Below the pieces are notes generated by a model. It was not told the origin of the DNA. It saw nothing but the letters and a program-made list of their open reading frames with translations, and did no database searches. Below, piece after piece: positions 1-12,725 of a stretch of 64,000 nucleotides of DNA. How positions within the stretch are numbered: the first letter of the stretch is position 1; every line of letters begins with the position of its first letter. The position numbers and the translations under genes are program-made. The DNA is from Camelus ferus (taxonomy: Eukaryota): contig NC_045701.1 of assembly GCF_009834535.1 (NCBI RefSeq), forward strand, positions 58,838,001-58,902,000. The letters run 5' to 3'.

Positions 1-689
1 AGGAACTGGTAAAATTCTTACAGTCACATTTTTAAAATTGATATATTTTAATAACAGAAAGTCTTCTTGTATCTCTTAATAGATTTAAATATATTTCCAA
101 TTTTCACTTTTTGCACCCAGTTTTATCTATTTTCACAAATCCAATAACACTGCAAAACTTGATCCAAAGTTCATATCACTGGATGAATCTTGCAGTAACT
201 ACTTCAAACAGAGAGATGTCTGTGTCTTACAACTGTAAATATGTTGGCTTATATTCTAGATGGCTGAGTTTTTACCAACCCTAATGCAGCAGGTATTGAT
301 TTAAACACTTTTTCCATTTACAAAATAATGTGTTTTCCAATCGTTATGTTAATCTAATCAGTGAACTGATCAGTGCTCAAGCTGCTTCGTCTTAATTCTT
401 CCTATAACACTAATTTCATTTTTCCTTCTTAAAACAGTCTCATCTTGCACTATATGAGTTAATTTTAGTGCCTACTGATATAAGTACATTGCTAAAACCC
501 ATATGAAAAATTTTAACAAAAGTAAAACACATAAGATTTAAGGGCCAAGATAAATTTTGTCATCTGGTGCTTTGTCTCTACCTAAGTACATTTGTTTCTT
601 TCCCATCTGTTTGGAAACTTACTTAAATAAATTAACATTTCTCTCAGAATTTATCTGGCTTCCATATTAAATGACAAATATCTGTATTT

Positions 690-885
690 GAAGGGACTTT
701 GCATACTTTATTATTTAGTTCTCATCATACACCCTATGCTGTAACTATTATTATCCCTAGTGCACAGATCATAAAACTAAGTCTGAAAAAGTTAAGTAAC
801 TTGCTTAGAGCCATACAGTTCTCGAGTGGTGTAACTGAAATTTGAGCTAGTCTTGTCTAGCTTCACATCCCTATGTTTTCCAATA
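690..885 (-). mobile_element. MIR SINE
   Basis: Reverse-complement MIR core (ctttgcatac...ttatccc...aaaactaagtctgaaaaagttaagtaacttgc). Confidence 0.7.
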
Positions 886-1324
886 CATGACATGTCTACC
901 CTTCCACTCGTCCATGGATGTCAGTGACTGGGACTGCAGGGTCAGAGCTCTTAATGGTATTTTTTAGGAAAGCATATATACGAGGGCGTTCTTAAGGTCC
1001 AGCAGGCATGGGTTCCCCGTGGAAGCAGTCCTTTCCTCTTTCTTCCAAAGGTCTTCCCTGTACTTTCTCTCATTGGCCATAAAAGTCAAAATTTCCCCTC
1101 CAATGAGCAAAAAGGAGGGTAGAGAAAAAGCTCTTTACCTCACTGTCTAGAAGGTACAAGGCTCCATCAATAGTCCACAGAAGGCAATGGCCCAGCGAGG
1201 ACAACAGGCAATAGAAAAAGGAGCCAGAATCTTGCTAGATATTATTAAACCTACCTGTGTGTCTAGGATGGCTCAGTTGAAACCCTATCTTGAACAGAAG
1301 TCCACTGAAAGAACAAAGGATCTG

Positions 1325-1445
1325 CAGGCTGAGAGTGTAGATTTGAATTCCAGTGACTCTGGATGCAACTTTTCAGAGCCTTTATTTATCCATAAAATGG
1401 ACTGAATAGAACCACCTTACAGCACTCAGTAAATGGCAGTTACAA
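1325..1445 (+). mobile_element. MIR fragment
   Basis: atttgaattccagtgactct...cataaaatgg...cactcagtaaatg resembles the MIR core and tail. Confidence 0.5.
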
Positions 1446-1569
1446 TTAGGATATTAACAGTAGAGGCATAGGCTTGAGCATCTCTATCTTTCTTCTATGC
1501 AGAAATAAATGATACCAAGTATGAAGTACTTGCAACAATGCACAGCTCATCAAGGGGACCCAATAGGTA

Positions 1570-1618
1570 TTACTATTATTATTGTTATCATCATCATCAT
1601 CATAACTATTACTATTAA
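1570..1618. repeat. (ATT)n/(ATC)n low-complexity repeat
   Basis: tattactattattattgttatcatcatcatcatcataactattactatt seen directly. Confidence 0.85.
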
Positions 1619-2431
1619 TAGGGAAGATTACAACGGGCCTTGCCAAGGTGCCTTTCAGCTTCTAGATTTTAGGGAAGGGCAGAAAGAATTATGAGAAGGG
1701 TAAGAGTGTAGGATAAAGAAGAGGAAAGAACACAAAAAGGCAAAAATTTGTAGCCCATGGAAAACTCTCCTTTAATTTCCATTCAAAGAGTCTGATGAAT
1801 ATGTAGGCTAAAACTCTATTCTCAGCATAAATTACTGACCAATTATTTCACCTTTGCTATCTGAGCAACAAAGCCATTGAGAGAGAAAAATAGAGACTTG
1901 TCTGGGAATGTGTTTAGCTGTGAGCGTCATCATGATGTCAGAACTTAGTAACTGAACTGAAACAAAATGAGTAATTCCAAAAATCCATCTTTGAAGTGCC
2001 AAAAATAGTTCTGACAACTATAAAATTGAGCTATCAGAAATTATCCGGGGAAAGCAATAAAGGGGCAGAAAAGGACTTTAGGAACTCCCACTATATGTAT
2101 AGTATTGAAAAGAACATTGAGTTCAGATGGTCCTCTGCTTATAAAGGAGTTGCATTTCCCAAAATCCATCTGAGTCAGTATTTGAAACCTGAAAAACATA
2201 TCCCCATCGAGAAAGAGAAATCATATATGGTGATTTGCCTGGGCCTAGGGAACACTGTTTGATCCACCCCAGAGCTGAGCTGTCCTCTGAAGTGTGCAAC
2301 AGAGGTAGTGTAATAGCCTCAAAACCTCTAGCTGGGATTAAATACATCAGGGTTTGAATCATTAGATAGGTGGAGGTCTGGGCAAGTAAGCACATGTCAA
2401 TAATTTTCAGAGTACTAGGCTTCCCCCACCT

Positions 2432-2938
2432 CCAGCTTTATTGATATATAATTGGTAAAGAAAAAAAAACTGCACATAATTACTGTATACAATGTGGTGA
2501 GGTTGGACACTTGTGCTATCATCACCACAACCCTGGTGATAAACATATCCATTGCCTCCACAAGTTTTCTGTGTTCTTTTTCACTTCTTTTTTTGTTTAA
2601 GTTTTGTTTGTGTGGTAAGCACACTGAACATGAAATCCAGCCTTCTAACAATGTTTTAAGCCTGCAATACTGTACTATTAACTATTTTATATAGCAAGTC
2701 TCTGGAACTTACTCTTCTTGTATAATTGTAACTTTACGCCCATTGAACAACTTTAGGCCTGTGTCTCCCTCTCCCATCCCCTGGTAACCATCACTCTATT
2801 GTCTACTTCTACTTTGACTATTTCAGACGCCTCATATATGAGGAATCATGCAGTATTTGTCCTTCCGTGACTGAATTATTTCACTTAGCATAATGCCTTC
2901 CAGGTCCATGTATGTGGTCCTAAATGGTAGAATTCTTT
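2432..2938 (-). mobile_element. L1 (L1MA9/10-like) 3' end
   Basis: cagctttattgatatataattg...cccctggtaaccatcactct...ggaatcatgcagtatttgtccttc...ttcacttagcataatgccttccaggtccat is a typical antisense L1MA 3' UTR. Confidence 0.85.
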
Positions 2939-3289
2939 TGTCCAATGGACAGGAAAATAGTACAAGTCTCATGGGTCCATATGAGCAGGAACTGAGACTG
3001 TGTCTGGGAAGTGCTCAGCATAATCAGCACTCAGTAAATGTCAGTGACCACTAGGATTAGTAAGAGAAGTGAGGCCTGATCTTCTCTATCTTTCAACTAT
3101 GCAGCTTTTACCTGCCACTGATGTCAGAACTAAAGAAAGAGCCGTGAATGTGGTAGACATGTACTCCCCTAACAGGGAGAAAGAGGACAGGGCTGGTGGC
3201 AGGACTGGATTGGCTTATGCAAGCCCAACCCATGGTTTAAAATGCAAACAGGACAAAGGCATAAGCTAGAAAGAAAAATGCTTCCTCCC

Positions 3290-5047
3290 GTTCGGATACC
3301 CCATCATTGCATATTCTTGTGTGTCCCTCGGGAAATTCTTATATACCTCTCTTAACCTAAATCAATCTCTGCTCCTTTTTCTATCCCTACACCTGTGTCA
3401 AAAATCTCTTACTCTTTATTTACACAGAGGGATTATGCTACATATAATCTTTCCCACTGCTTTCTTTTTTCATTAAATAATCATTGCAGACCTCTTTCCA
3501 CACGTGCCATTAATGATCTGCCTTGTTCTCTGTAATGCTTCAGAGGTATTCCATTGAATGAATGTACTCTAATGTTTTAAACCTGACCCTTATTGGTGGA
3601 CATTTAATTTTTCCTCAGCATTTTATAATAACAATACTTCCATAAATATCTTTGTACACATAAATTTACATATTTTTGCAAATTTATCCAGAGGGTCAAT
3701 TTCCAGCAATGCGGCTGCTATATTACAAGATAATGTGCATTTTTTTTCCTGTTGGGAAATACTGCCAAACATTTCCTTAGAAAATTATGCACTAATTTGC
3801 ACACCTACTCTCAGCATGAGAGCTCCTTCTTCTGCTCACTCTGGCCAACACTGAGGGTTAGCAAATGCTGAAAGTATGCCACTAGACACATGAGAAGTGG
3901 CATGTCATTTTATTTGGCTTTTCTTTGATTATGAAGGATATAACCACAGCATTTGCTTATTTTTCATGCTTGTTTGCCATTTGTATTTATTTTCCTATGA
4001 AATTCCTGTTCATATTCTTTGTCCAGTTCTCTATTTTAAAAGTTTCCTTCTTTCTTTTTGTCAGCTAAGTAAATCAGCCATTTATTATATATTTTCTTAT
4101 ATATTAATTTCAAATACTTCATTTTAAATATCAAATGTTTATATGAATTTGAGTTTACTTCTAGAATCTGTGTTAGTTTCCATTGATCTATTTCTTTTTT
4201 TCAGCTCTAAACAGTTTTGGTTATTTGAGCTTCATCATTTATTTTCATATTTTGACTCTTCTCCCAGTAATCTTCTGGCTGTTCTTACAGATTTATTTTT
4301 CCAGATGGACTTGATTGCAATTTTGTCAAATTCAAAATTGGATACCTTGATTTCCAATTGGTAGATATTAATTTAGGGAAAAATAGCATCTTTTAGCGTT
4401 TCCCTATTTAAGAATAAGGTACAAATTTACATAAGTCTTGTACGTCCTATGGTAGGTTTTTAATGTTAATTTTACACTAGCCTTTTGCATATTATGTAAT
4501 ATTGTTAATTTTTCCTATATATTTTTATCATTTGGTTATTTTATAAATAGGAATGCTTCTTTTCATAATTTTTCTTATTTATGTCTTTAAACGATTATAT
4601 AATGAGTCATCTTACCATATTATGGTAACATTTGCAGTCTTTTAGTTTGATTCTCTCAGATTCTCTTGATATACAGTATTTTGCCTCCTCCTTTCTAGCC
4701 CTGTCTATTTTCCCCTTTGGTCTAAATGCATTTCCCAAAACAGGAAAGTACTAAATAATAAGGATAGATGGCATTTGTTCATGATTTTAATAGGAAAACT
4801 TTTAATGTTTTATGATTTATGTTTTTTAGCTAATGCTAAATAGAAACATTATTTAACATTTATATGTTTCTACTTAACATATTTCTACATTATATGTTTC
4901 TAATTAATGTTTAATGTTAATAGTTAATAGAAAATAGTTCTTCATCCTATTTTAGTAAAAGTTACTTGTTCCTTTTTTTAAGAATTGTATTTTATCAAGT
5001 ACATATTTGGCATCTATTAAAATGATCATATGGCTTTTATCCTTTAA
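3290..5047 (-). mobile_element. Old L1 (L1ME-like), 3' UTR to ORF2 RT region, decayed
   Basis: Antisense L1 motifs: ggtggacatttaatt, ttttcatgcttgtttgccatttgtattt...cctgttcatattctttgtcc, ctattaaaatgatcatatggctttt (RT NHMIISID region). Confidence 0.75.
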
Positions 5048-5165
5048 GAAAACTTAACAAAGAAAAACAAAATGAATTATAAGAGAATACTTTGCAAAAT
5101 TTTATGCAAAGTAAGTTTGAAAACCTGGTTGAAATGGATGTTTCTCTAGGAATTATATGTGGGAG
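5048..5165 (+). mobile_element. Sense-strand L1 ORF2 fragment
   Basis: aattttatgcaaagtaagtttgaaaacctggttgaaatggatgtttctctagg resembles ORF2 LYANKFENLDEMDKFL. Confidence 0.55.
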
Positions 5166-5244
5166 ATCTTGCATTTTTGAAAATATTCTGTTGGCCTTAA
5201 ACCTCAACAGTAATTTAGCTGGGTATAACATGTTTGGGATAAAA

Positions 5245-5825
5245 TAAAAAATTCACCAATCCTGCAACTCAGAAATTCTAATGTTTACCCTAGAGGAATG
5301 TTCACGTTTGTGCACAAAGAGACACCTAAGGATGTTCATCACCACTTTATTTGTAAAACTAACAAAATTAGGAAGAATCTACATACCTACATATGCTATA
5401 ATAAAATAACAAGTCAAAGAGAACAAGGAACATTAATAGTGTTAATGGGGGCAGATCTAAAAACTTTTGTTAAAAAATAAAGTTGCAAAATGATGCATAC
5501 AGGATGATACTATTTGTGTACATTAAAAAAATACACAAAAATGTATGTATAGGTATGTATCACAAAAGTATAAAACCTGAATTTCCTAAAAATGAAGATT
5601 GGAATGATACACATACTAAACTTAGAGTTAAGTGAATCTTGTAACATTTAACTTATTCTTAATTGTATAACTTTTTAAATGGTAGCAGCGTACTCCTTCA
5701 TTATGTCTGATACACATACACACTTAGGAAAAAGTAATAGGAATGTGACAAAACATTAATAGTTCTTTCTCAGTGGCAACAAGAGATTAATTTCTTTTTT
5801 GCTTGTTTATATTTAGTTTTTAAGC
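5245..5825 (+). mobile_element. L1ME-like 3' end nested in the HAL1/ORF1 fragment
   Basis: gcaactcagaaattcta...tgtgcacaaagagacacctaaggatgttcatcaccactttatttgtaa; the host element resumes after 5825. Confidence 0.7.
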
Positions 5826-6106
5826 TAATAATTATATTAATTCTGGAATCACTCTTTTTCTTCAGAACTTTGCACTTTCCTCCATTGTCCTTTGGTTTTG
5901 AGTGTTGCCTTGGAGACTTCTGAGATGAGCCTGATTTCTCCTACTTGTGGATGATTTGTTTTTATATGTGAAGAAGATGCTTGTAGAATCATTCTCTAGT
6001 TTCAAACTTTAACCGGAGAATGTATGTCTTGGCATTGAGGTTCCTGTACCAATTTTTCTTGGAACATAGCATATTCTTTTGATCTAGAGAATCAGTTATT
6101 TCAGAA

Positions 6107-6108
<2 letters not shown>

Positions 6109-6158
<50 letters not shown>
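6109..6158. repeat. (TG)25 microsatellite
   Basis: Perfect TG run counted directly. Confidence 0.98.
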
Positions 6159-6161
<3 letters not shown>

Positions 6162-9100
6162 GGGTAATTTAGTTCAGTGTTTTTTTCTGTCCCATTTGTT
6201 GTATTTTCTAACTCAGATATACCAATTTTCCTTTTGCTATATCATCTTTGAGTTTCATAACTATTATCTTCTAATGTTTAAATCTCTATCTTTTCTTTTT
6301 CTTTCTTTCCTTCTTTTTTTTTTTTTTACAGCACTTTGAAGAAGTCTTTATTTCTTTTCCCAAATTCTGTGTTATCTGACCACGGTATCGTGCATCTGGT
6401 CTTGCTCCAGGCCTTACTGGCTGTAGACCACGGGTAAATCACTTAACCCCCTGGGCCTCAGTCCAGTTATCAGCATACAGCCCCAGGACCCTGAGAGAAG
6501 GGGCCTGGACCCAATGCATGCTTGAGGCCCCTTCTCATTTTAAGAGCAATGACTGTTCTGTGATTTAAATATCTTTTCTTTTTACACCTACTGATTAGTT
6601 CAACTCTTTATTCTATGTCATTATTGCAGGTTTTATCCATAACTATCCTCTTCCTCCTATTTCTAAGTTACGTATCACAGGGGTAACAACAGTGTTTTGG
6701 CTCTTGATTTCCTTGACTCTGGCATTTCCCTGTTTATCTCTTTCTGTAGCTCTATTATCTTGTCTTTGTTTTTTTTTTTTTTTTCATTGACTTCATGCTC
6801 TTTAAAGTTGTTTATACAAAAAGCAACATTTAGATCACACATTTCCATTTCATAGCTAGTTTTCTTCCAGAACAAACTCTGCCTCTTGGTATTCCATCCT
6901 CCTCTCCTTTGTTTTCTTTTTTGCTCCTTTCCTCTTGCCTGCTTTCCATGTGTCTGCTTTCACCTGCTCATGTTGAACCTGAACAGCCCTCTGTCGAGAC
7001 AGAATAATTGCTTCTTGGCTGTCCTCCATATTATCTGACCTCTCTTCATCTTCTCCTTTTATTTTCAGTCTGAGAGTTAGGAAATTCAGGTTCTGTTCAG
7101 GGGTGAGTTCAGCTGGGACTATGGGAAGCTATGGCTAGTTGACCTCACATCTGCCTGCTGCTCTCACATCTCTGCTCCTGATAAATAAAGAGCCGGCATC
7201 AGGGTGCACACCTTCTAATTCACCTTAAGCCAAGAAACATTATACTCATTTTCCCAATTTCCTCAAGAAGGCAGAGCCAAGGACACTTCATTTAGACAGA
7301 CTCCGGGTCTACTTTCTCTGTGTCACCCTCCTTTTCCCAACAGATCTCACTCTATTCTGAGTCAACAGAAGCCAAAGAAAAGCATTCTGGCCACATTAAC
7401 GTGTCCTGTGGTCTAACAGTTGGACACTCCATGTACCTTTTCCACTGGGCTCCTGCTTTTCCCATTTACTTTACCCTTCATCCTCCAGGTGGCTAAATCA
7501 CTATTAATGCTGGAGATAATTTGCTCAGGGTAATTACAGTCACGCCACATTCCCTCTCAGCTTTCTTTCCACCTGGTCAGCTTCATAAAGGTTAGTCATG
7601 ATGTTTTTTATTGCTTTGGTGAGACACCGAGGGCATAGGACGGGTTTTTCAAATTCTTCCCTGGGGCTTCTAACTAAACTGAGGAGTACTGGAGAGACTT
7701 CTCAGGACTCTGTCTATTCACATTCTATTTCCTCAAGGGGAACAGGAAATAAAGGAATGAAATTAGGAGCCATGAAGTTTCCTGGAGTCTTGGGCTTCTC
7801 TTGTTCCCCGACTGACGCACTGCAGGAAGCTCAACTCTGCCTTTATCTGATGGCGACCTGGATACTTTTTGCTGGTTTTTAATGTTTTCAATCTTTGGGC
7901 ATGTCATTGGCTTTTGGGAGAGGGAGATTTGGCTTCACTCCACCATCCTCTCCTAGAAGTGGAGTTAAGGTTATATGTATCAGGGAACTCTCCTCCCCAA
8001 AGTAACTCTAAGTAAGGTTTACTCTTCAACGATGAAAACATAAAAGACTGTCAATTCAACCTGAGGGAAAAAAGGCTCTGAGGTAACAGATAGATGGCGA
8101 TACATGCAAGTATGTGTGTGCATGTATAAGTAGACATGAAAGCCAAATAGAAAACTGGACATATGTAACTGGGTAACTTCGGGCATTTATAAAAAGGTGA
8201 CAAGATAACAACTGCCTTAGTATTGTTAGGAAATTTAAACAGCACCAACAGCACTCTTCACAGCTCAGTTCTGAAAGGGGAATCAAAATCCTTCCCTTTG
8301 TGCCTCCTTTCTACTTGTCATCCTGACTTCATCAAAAATGCCAAGGTTTAGTCAACATATTTCTAACACAATCACACTTAATGGTGAGTATTATCACCTC
8401 AAAGATAGAATTTGAATGTAGAATCCTTCAAAAAGTACTCATAGGAAGCAAGAAATGGTCAATAATACTTTCCAGATTTCCTGAGAGTTCTGGTAAATAT
8501 ATTTCTATGAGTGAAGAGAATTGTTAAAAGGAGATTTTCTTTTGTGGCCCCCTTGTTTTTAATTCTGTGTCCTCTGTGTTGAAATGATCTATATTACTTC
8601 ATGTGCCAACAGCAAAGTAATAAGACAATGAAAACCTCCCTGAAATCATGTGACAAGCTTAGCTTGTTATTTTTTAAAAGGCTCTAAAAATAGTGTTTGA
8701 AGCAATTGATCCACTCTGGGCCCAAGGTCAGACCATGACAACACTAGGGAGAAATTACCGAAACTGGCAAAATTTGAAGAACACACATCATAGTAACTCT
8801 ACTGAAAAACAAAACTTACCATTAACATAGCTGCTAAGTACTAATTAACATAGAACACACATTTTAAAACCAATATGTAGTATTTTACTTTGTTCTAGAA
8901 AAAACTAAGATTTTTTTTCCTCAGGAACTTTATTTCCCAATTTTACTCATCCTGCCAAGTGACAGCAGAGCTCTGTGCTGGGCACAGCTGATGATTCAGG
9001 GCATGTGAACTATGTCCACACCCTTACTTCCAGCTGCTCTTAGGATCAAAGGTGACATGAAACTATAAATGCAACCTTTTTTTCTTTAAGTACAGAAGCA

Positions 9101-9350
9101 CTGGGTTCCATTCCTAGTCTATTCGGCCAAGGCAAAGTAGGTGACTGTGCCAACTGTCTGGGCAATTTAGGCAAATTGAAAACAAGAGCAACAACAACAA
9201 CAAAATACCCAATTCATAACCATAGAAATCCAGTAAGAGACAGATTACTAAATGTAAATGTGTGGCTATGTTTTTAATCATACATGCTTCATTTCCTCTG
9301 CCCAGGATCTTTTAGCAAGGAATTCACAAAAATGCCATTACCTTCTCAGG

Positions 9351-9395
9351 ACTACACACAGACACACAGACACACAGACACACACATACACACAG
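9351..9395. repeat. Imperfect (CA)n/(CACAGA)n repeat
   Basis: actacacacagacacacagacacacagacacacacatacacacag. Confidence 0.9.
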
Positions 9396-9699
9396 AATAA
9401 TAACATCAAAAATCTACCCAGACATATATTCCCCTATAATTCCTTAGGGGCCATTATACTAATTTACACTTGCTATCATGCCTTTATCAAAAATCGCCTT
9501 CTTTGAGACCTGCTTTAGCCTTAGCCCAAATACCCAAGTTCTGTACAAAATCCTAAACATGACTTTCAAACACTTTCTGTAGCAGCACCGCCCAACCTCA
9601 CACACATTGCCCTACACCACAGTGTGTGTACTCCACTCGGAGCCATGTAAGCCCCATACTCTCTCCTTAGATCTGCTAACATTTAGCTGTGGATATTGC

Positions 9700-10267
9700 C
9701 TGGATGCCTCCCTAGAGCGGCACTGACTGGCAGCCATGAATCTTGAATTAGACTGACCCTTCCTCCAGTCCCAGGGATGCTCACTGACTTAAGCTATCCA
9801 GGATGGTATATCCCCTTTACCATAATTATTGATAACCCAAAGATAAGTCAGTAAGCTCAGAGCATCATCTTGACCATAGCGGCTAAATCAAGTATAGACA
9901 TGTGACCTAAAATTGTTCCAGTCAAAATGAAACTCAGTTTCTTTGTTCAATGGTCAAGGAACAAGAAGCCCTCCCCACTCCACTGCACTGCACCCCTCCA
10001 CCCACCCCTTAACATGTTTGATGTTAACAAAAAATCACATAGCCTAGGAGCTGCTAGCAATACCTTGCCGACTTACATAGGAAGACAGATGGTCAGAATT
10101 GTGGACAAAAAATACCATGGCCCTGAAGGAATTGTCAGCTACTGAATTAAATCTCCCCTAGAGCCTCTCTCCAGTTTCCAGCTTCACCAGCCAGTAGATT
10201 TCCTTATTGTTTTGACAGTCTGGGTTGAGTTTGTCATTTGCAACACAAAGGCACCTGACTGATACAT
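9700..10267 (+). mobile_element. MaLR LTR (MLT1J/K/L-like)
   Basis: Ends in ttgagtttgtcatttgcaacacaaaggcacctgactgataca, the MLT1 3' terminus; internal catgtgacc motif. Confidence 0.65.
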
Positions 10268-10289
10268 ATTCCTCCTGCTTCCCAACCAT

Positions 10290-11250
10290 ATTAGAATACA
10301 GTTCTGGTTGTTATAACAAAGATATAAAATAATAATGACGTAGTCCAGGACCAATATGGCAGCTCGCTGGCGTTGGTACCCAGGTTCTTTCTATCTTATT
10401 GCCCTGTCACACCTTGGATGTGGTGTCATCTGTATGGTGAAGGTGACTCATTATCAAGCCCGTGTTCCTGGATGAAAGATGAAGAAGCGGAAAAAGAGGA
10501 AGGAAGGGGCATACTATCTTTTTTTTGTTAAGGCAAAATTCAGAGGTTAATGGCAAAGCCCATTAACAAATCCTAGGAAATAAAAATAGAATCTGGGTAA
10601 TAAAGTCTAACCTTTTTTTCCCTTTGTGCTTTGCCTGGTGTCCCTTGCTCATGGGGAACTGTGTGCAGAGACCTTGCAGCTGGCCCTTCAGACCAGAGTT
10701 CCTGGAATGGAATGGCTGCACTGACACCTTAGCTCAGGGGCCGTGTGCATAAGCGCAGCGTGTGGCACTTAATTCAAGACAGTGGTAGTGGGCCATGTGC
10801 AGGGACGCTGCTCCCAGCACCACAAGCTGGAGCCTGAGCAGCACAGCTCTGCCTGCCTCCCCCTAGAACTCTGCCCTCTCCCACTGACAAGATCCCTATA
10901 ATAAAGCAGCCTCTTTGGGTGTCTGTTAAGGAAAGTGTGCTCTCTAAAGCATGAGCTCACATCTCTCCATTCTTTGATCAAAGAATAGAACTTTCATTTG
11001 CTTCTGAACCGAGCTGTAGACTTGAGTGACACGGGGTACAAGGACCCTTGTCAGGGACCAAGTAGGGATGGTTGGTAACAGTAGCAAGTACCACTTGTAG
11101 TCATAGACTATTGACCAGAAAATGGTTGTGTGGCCAAATTTACCTATAACAGAGATTGAGATATGTAGTCTTTATCTGGGCAGCCATATGTCCAGCTAAA
11201 ATGTCTTCCAGTATGAGAGAAGAAAAGAATAAATGTTGGAGGAAAATCAG
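10290..11250 (-). mobile_element. Split MLT1J/K-like LTR fragments (about 10290-10520 and 11090-11250)
   Basis: ttagaatacagttctggttgttataacaa...; tgtggccaaatttacc...tctgggcagccatatgtccagctaaa. The unique sequence between the two pieces is not part of the call. Confidence 0.5.
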
Positions 11251-12369
11251 CAGTTCTGTACCCTGACCCATATGGGTACAATAAACTATCTCCATTTGTT
11301 CTTTTAAACCTATTTAATATCCACTCCAGTTTAGCAGAATCTCAATCCCATCTGCTGAGTTCTACATGAAAATAATTCCATATTGTGTGTATGTTTGTGT
11401 GCATACCAACTAAAGTTCAAACTCTGGCTAATTTCAATATTCTGTAGCTGATTTTAATTTTTGATAGGACAAACTGGAGTTAGACTAAATTGTTTTCATT
11501 TGATGACATTAAAGGTTTTTTTTTTAAGTAGTTGCATGATAAATGTGGGGATTTACTCTCCAAGGCCAATTAATGAGAAAATGTTTTTTTTTTTTTTTTG
11601 GAACCATTTAGAAATAACTTGATTCATGTTAAATGTTATGGACAATGGCAACCTTGGCCAGAATTCTGAACTTGTTTCAATAAATGAACTCCATCTGTTA
11701 GTGTTCATCTACATAGTTTATTGTGAATAAACCCCTAGCGCCTAGGAAGCTGCATTCACTTGCAGAGTTTTAAAACAAATATCTCATTGAGGTGCTGGCT
11801 AAAAGGTAAAGGGCCAAACCATGACACTGACACTTGGTGCATCTGCAGCACACAGTTTACCTGGACTGAGAGATTCAGATGTATATTCATGCAACTGTTG
11901 CTGATTAATGTCATGGAAGATGTGTTTGCTTTCATCTCAATGCCCCAGGAGAAGCTCTACTCAGAATGTAATACACACTTGGGAGGAAGAAAAGACCAGA
12001 ATTGGGCTTTTAAAATAAATATAATTGTTAAAATAATCTACATCAATCCAAAAATTATGTCTTAGTTGCCAACTGTCTCCCAAATACTATGTGAGGGACT
12101 GGGGCAGATAAAGAAGAATGAGACAACACAACCATGCTCTGTGATGTGTTCAGTCTGGTATTACAGGCATGCTATGAGTCAATAAAGCACTGTTCATATC
12201 ATTTTGTTGTTGTTATTTAAAACCTTCAATGTCTCCAATGCTTACAGGAAAATACCTCTATTTCTTGGCAAGGTACATGGAAATTTTGTAATGCACTGGC
12301 TCCAATTTATTTGGTATGTCCCTGTACAGCCTAATCTTACATTAGCACTTGTTGCTGCAGAAACATTCT

Positions 12370-12725
12370 ACACTGTTTCACACCTCCCTGCCTTTACATA
12401 AACTGCTACCTCAGCCTGGTCTCATTGTTTAACTACTCATTCTTCAAGATTCAGCACAGGTTTTACCTCCCTTGTGAAGAAAGTTTTCTCCAATCCCTTC
12501 AAATAGTATTAGCAATTCCTAATTGTCCCCAAAGAAACATTCTTTGGGGTTCTCTGGTTGCATTCATTGCATTTTTTTTCAGTTAATTTACTGACTTCTT
12601 GCACCCAATAGAATGTGGGCTCCTGGAGGCAGTAATTTTATCCTGTCTATCTTCATATCTTCTGTGCCTAGAATAATGCCTTGTCCAAGATAAAGGTTCA
12701 ATAAAAATTTGTTGAGTGAATGCAT
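12370..12725 (+). mobile_element. L2 3' end
   Basis: tactcattcttcaagattcagc...gctcctggaggcag...gtgcctagaataatgcc...caataaaaatttgttgagtgaatg. Confidence 0.75.

Larger units (their letters stand above)
5170..6900 (-). mobile_element. HAL1 or L1 ORF1-region fragment, interrupted by younger inserts
   Basis: gctgggtataac...ttttcttcagaactttg...ctccattgtc...ttggagacttctgagatgagcctgatt; minus ORF 6675-6875 looks like decayed ORF1 coiled coil. Confidence 0.55.

Noticed and set aside
8820-8895. Minus-strand segment with a strong acceptor (ttttttctag) and donor (G|gtaagt)
   Set aside because: Stops in all three frames; at most a non-coding exon, with no other support.
11767-11806. 40-nt plus-strand micro-exon candidate (SFKTNISLRCWLK)
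   Set aside because: Weak polypyrimidine tract, phase incompatible with the next candidate, and an unrecognised peptide.
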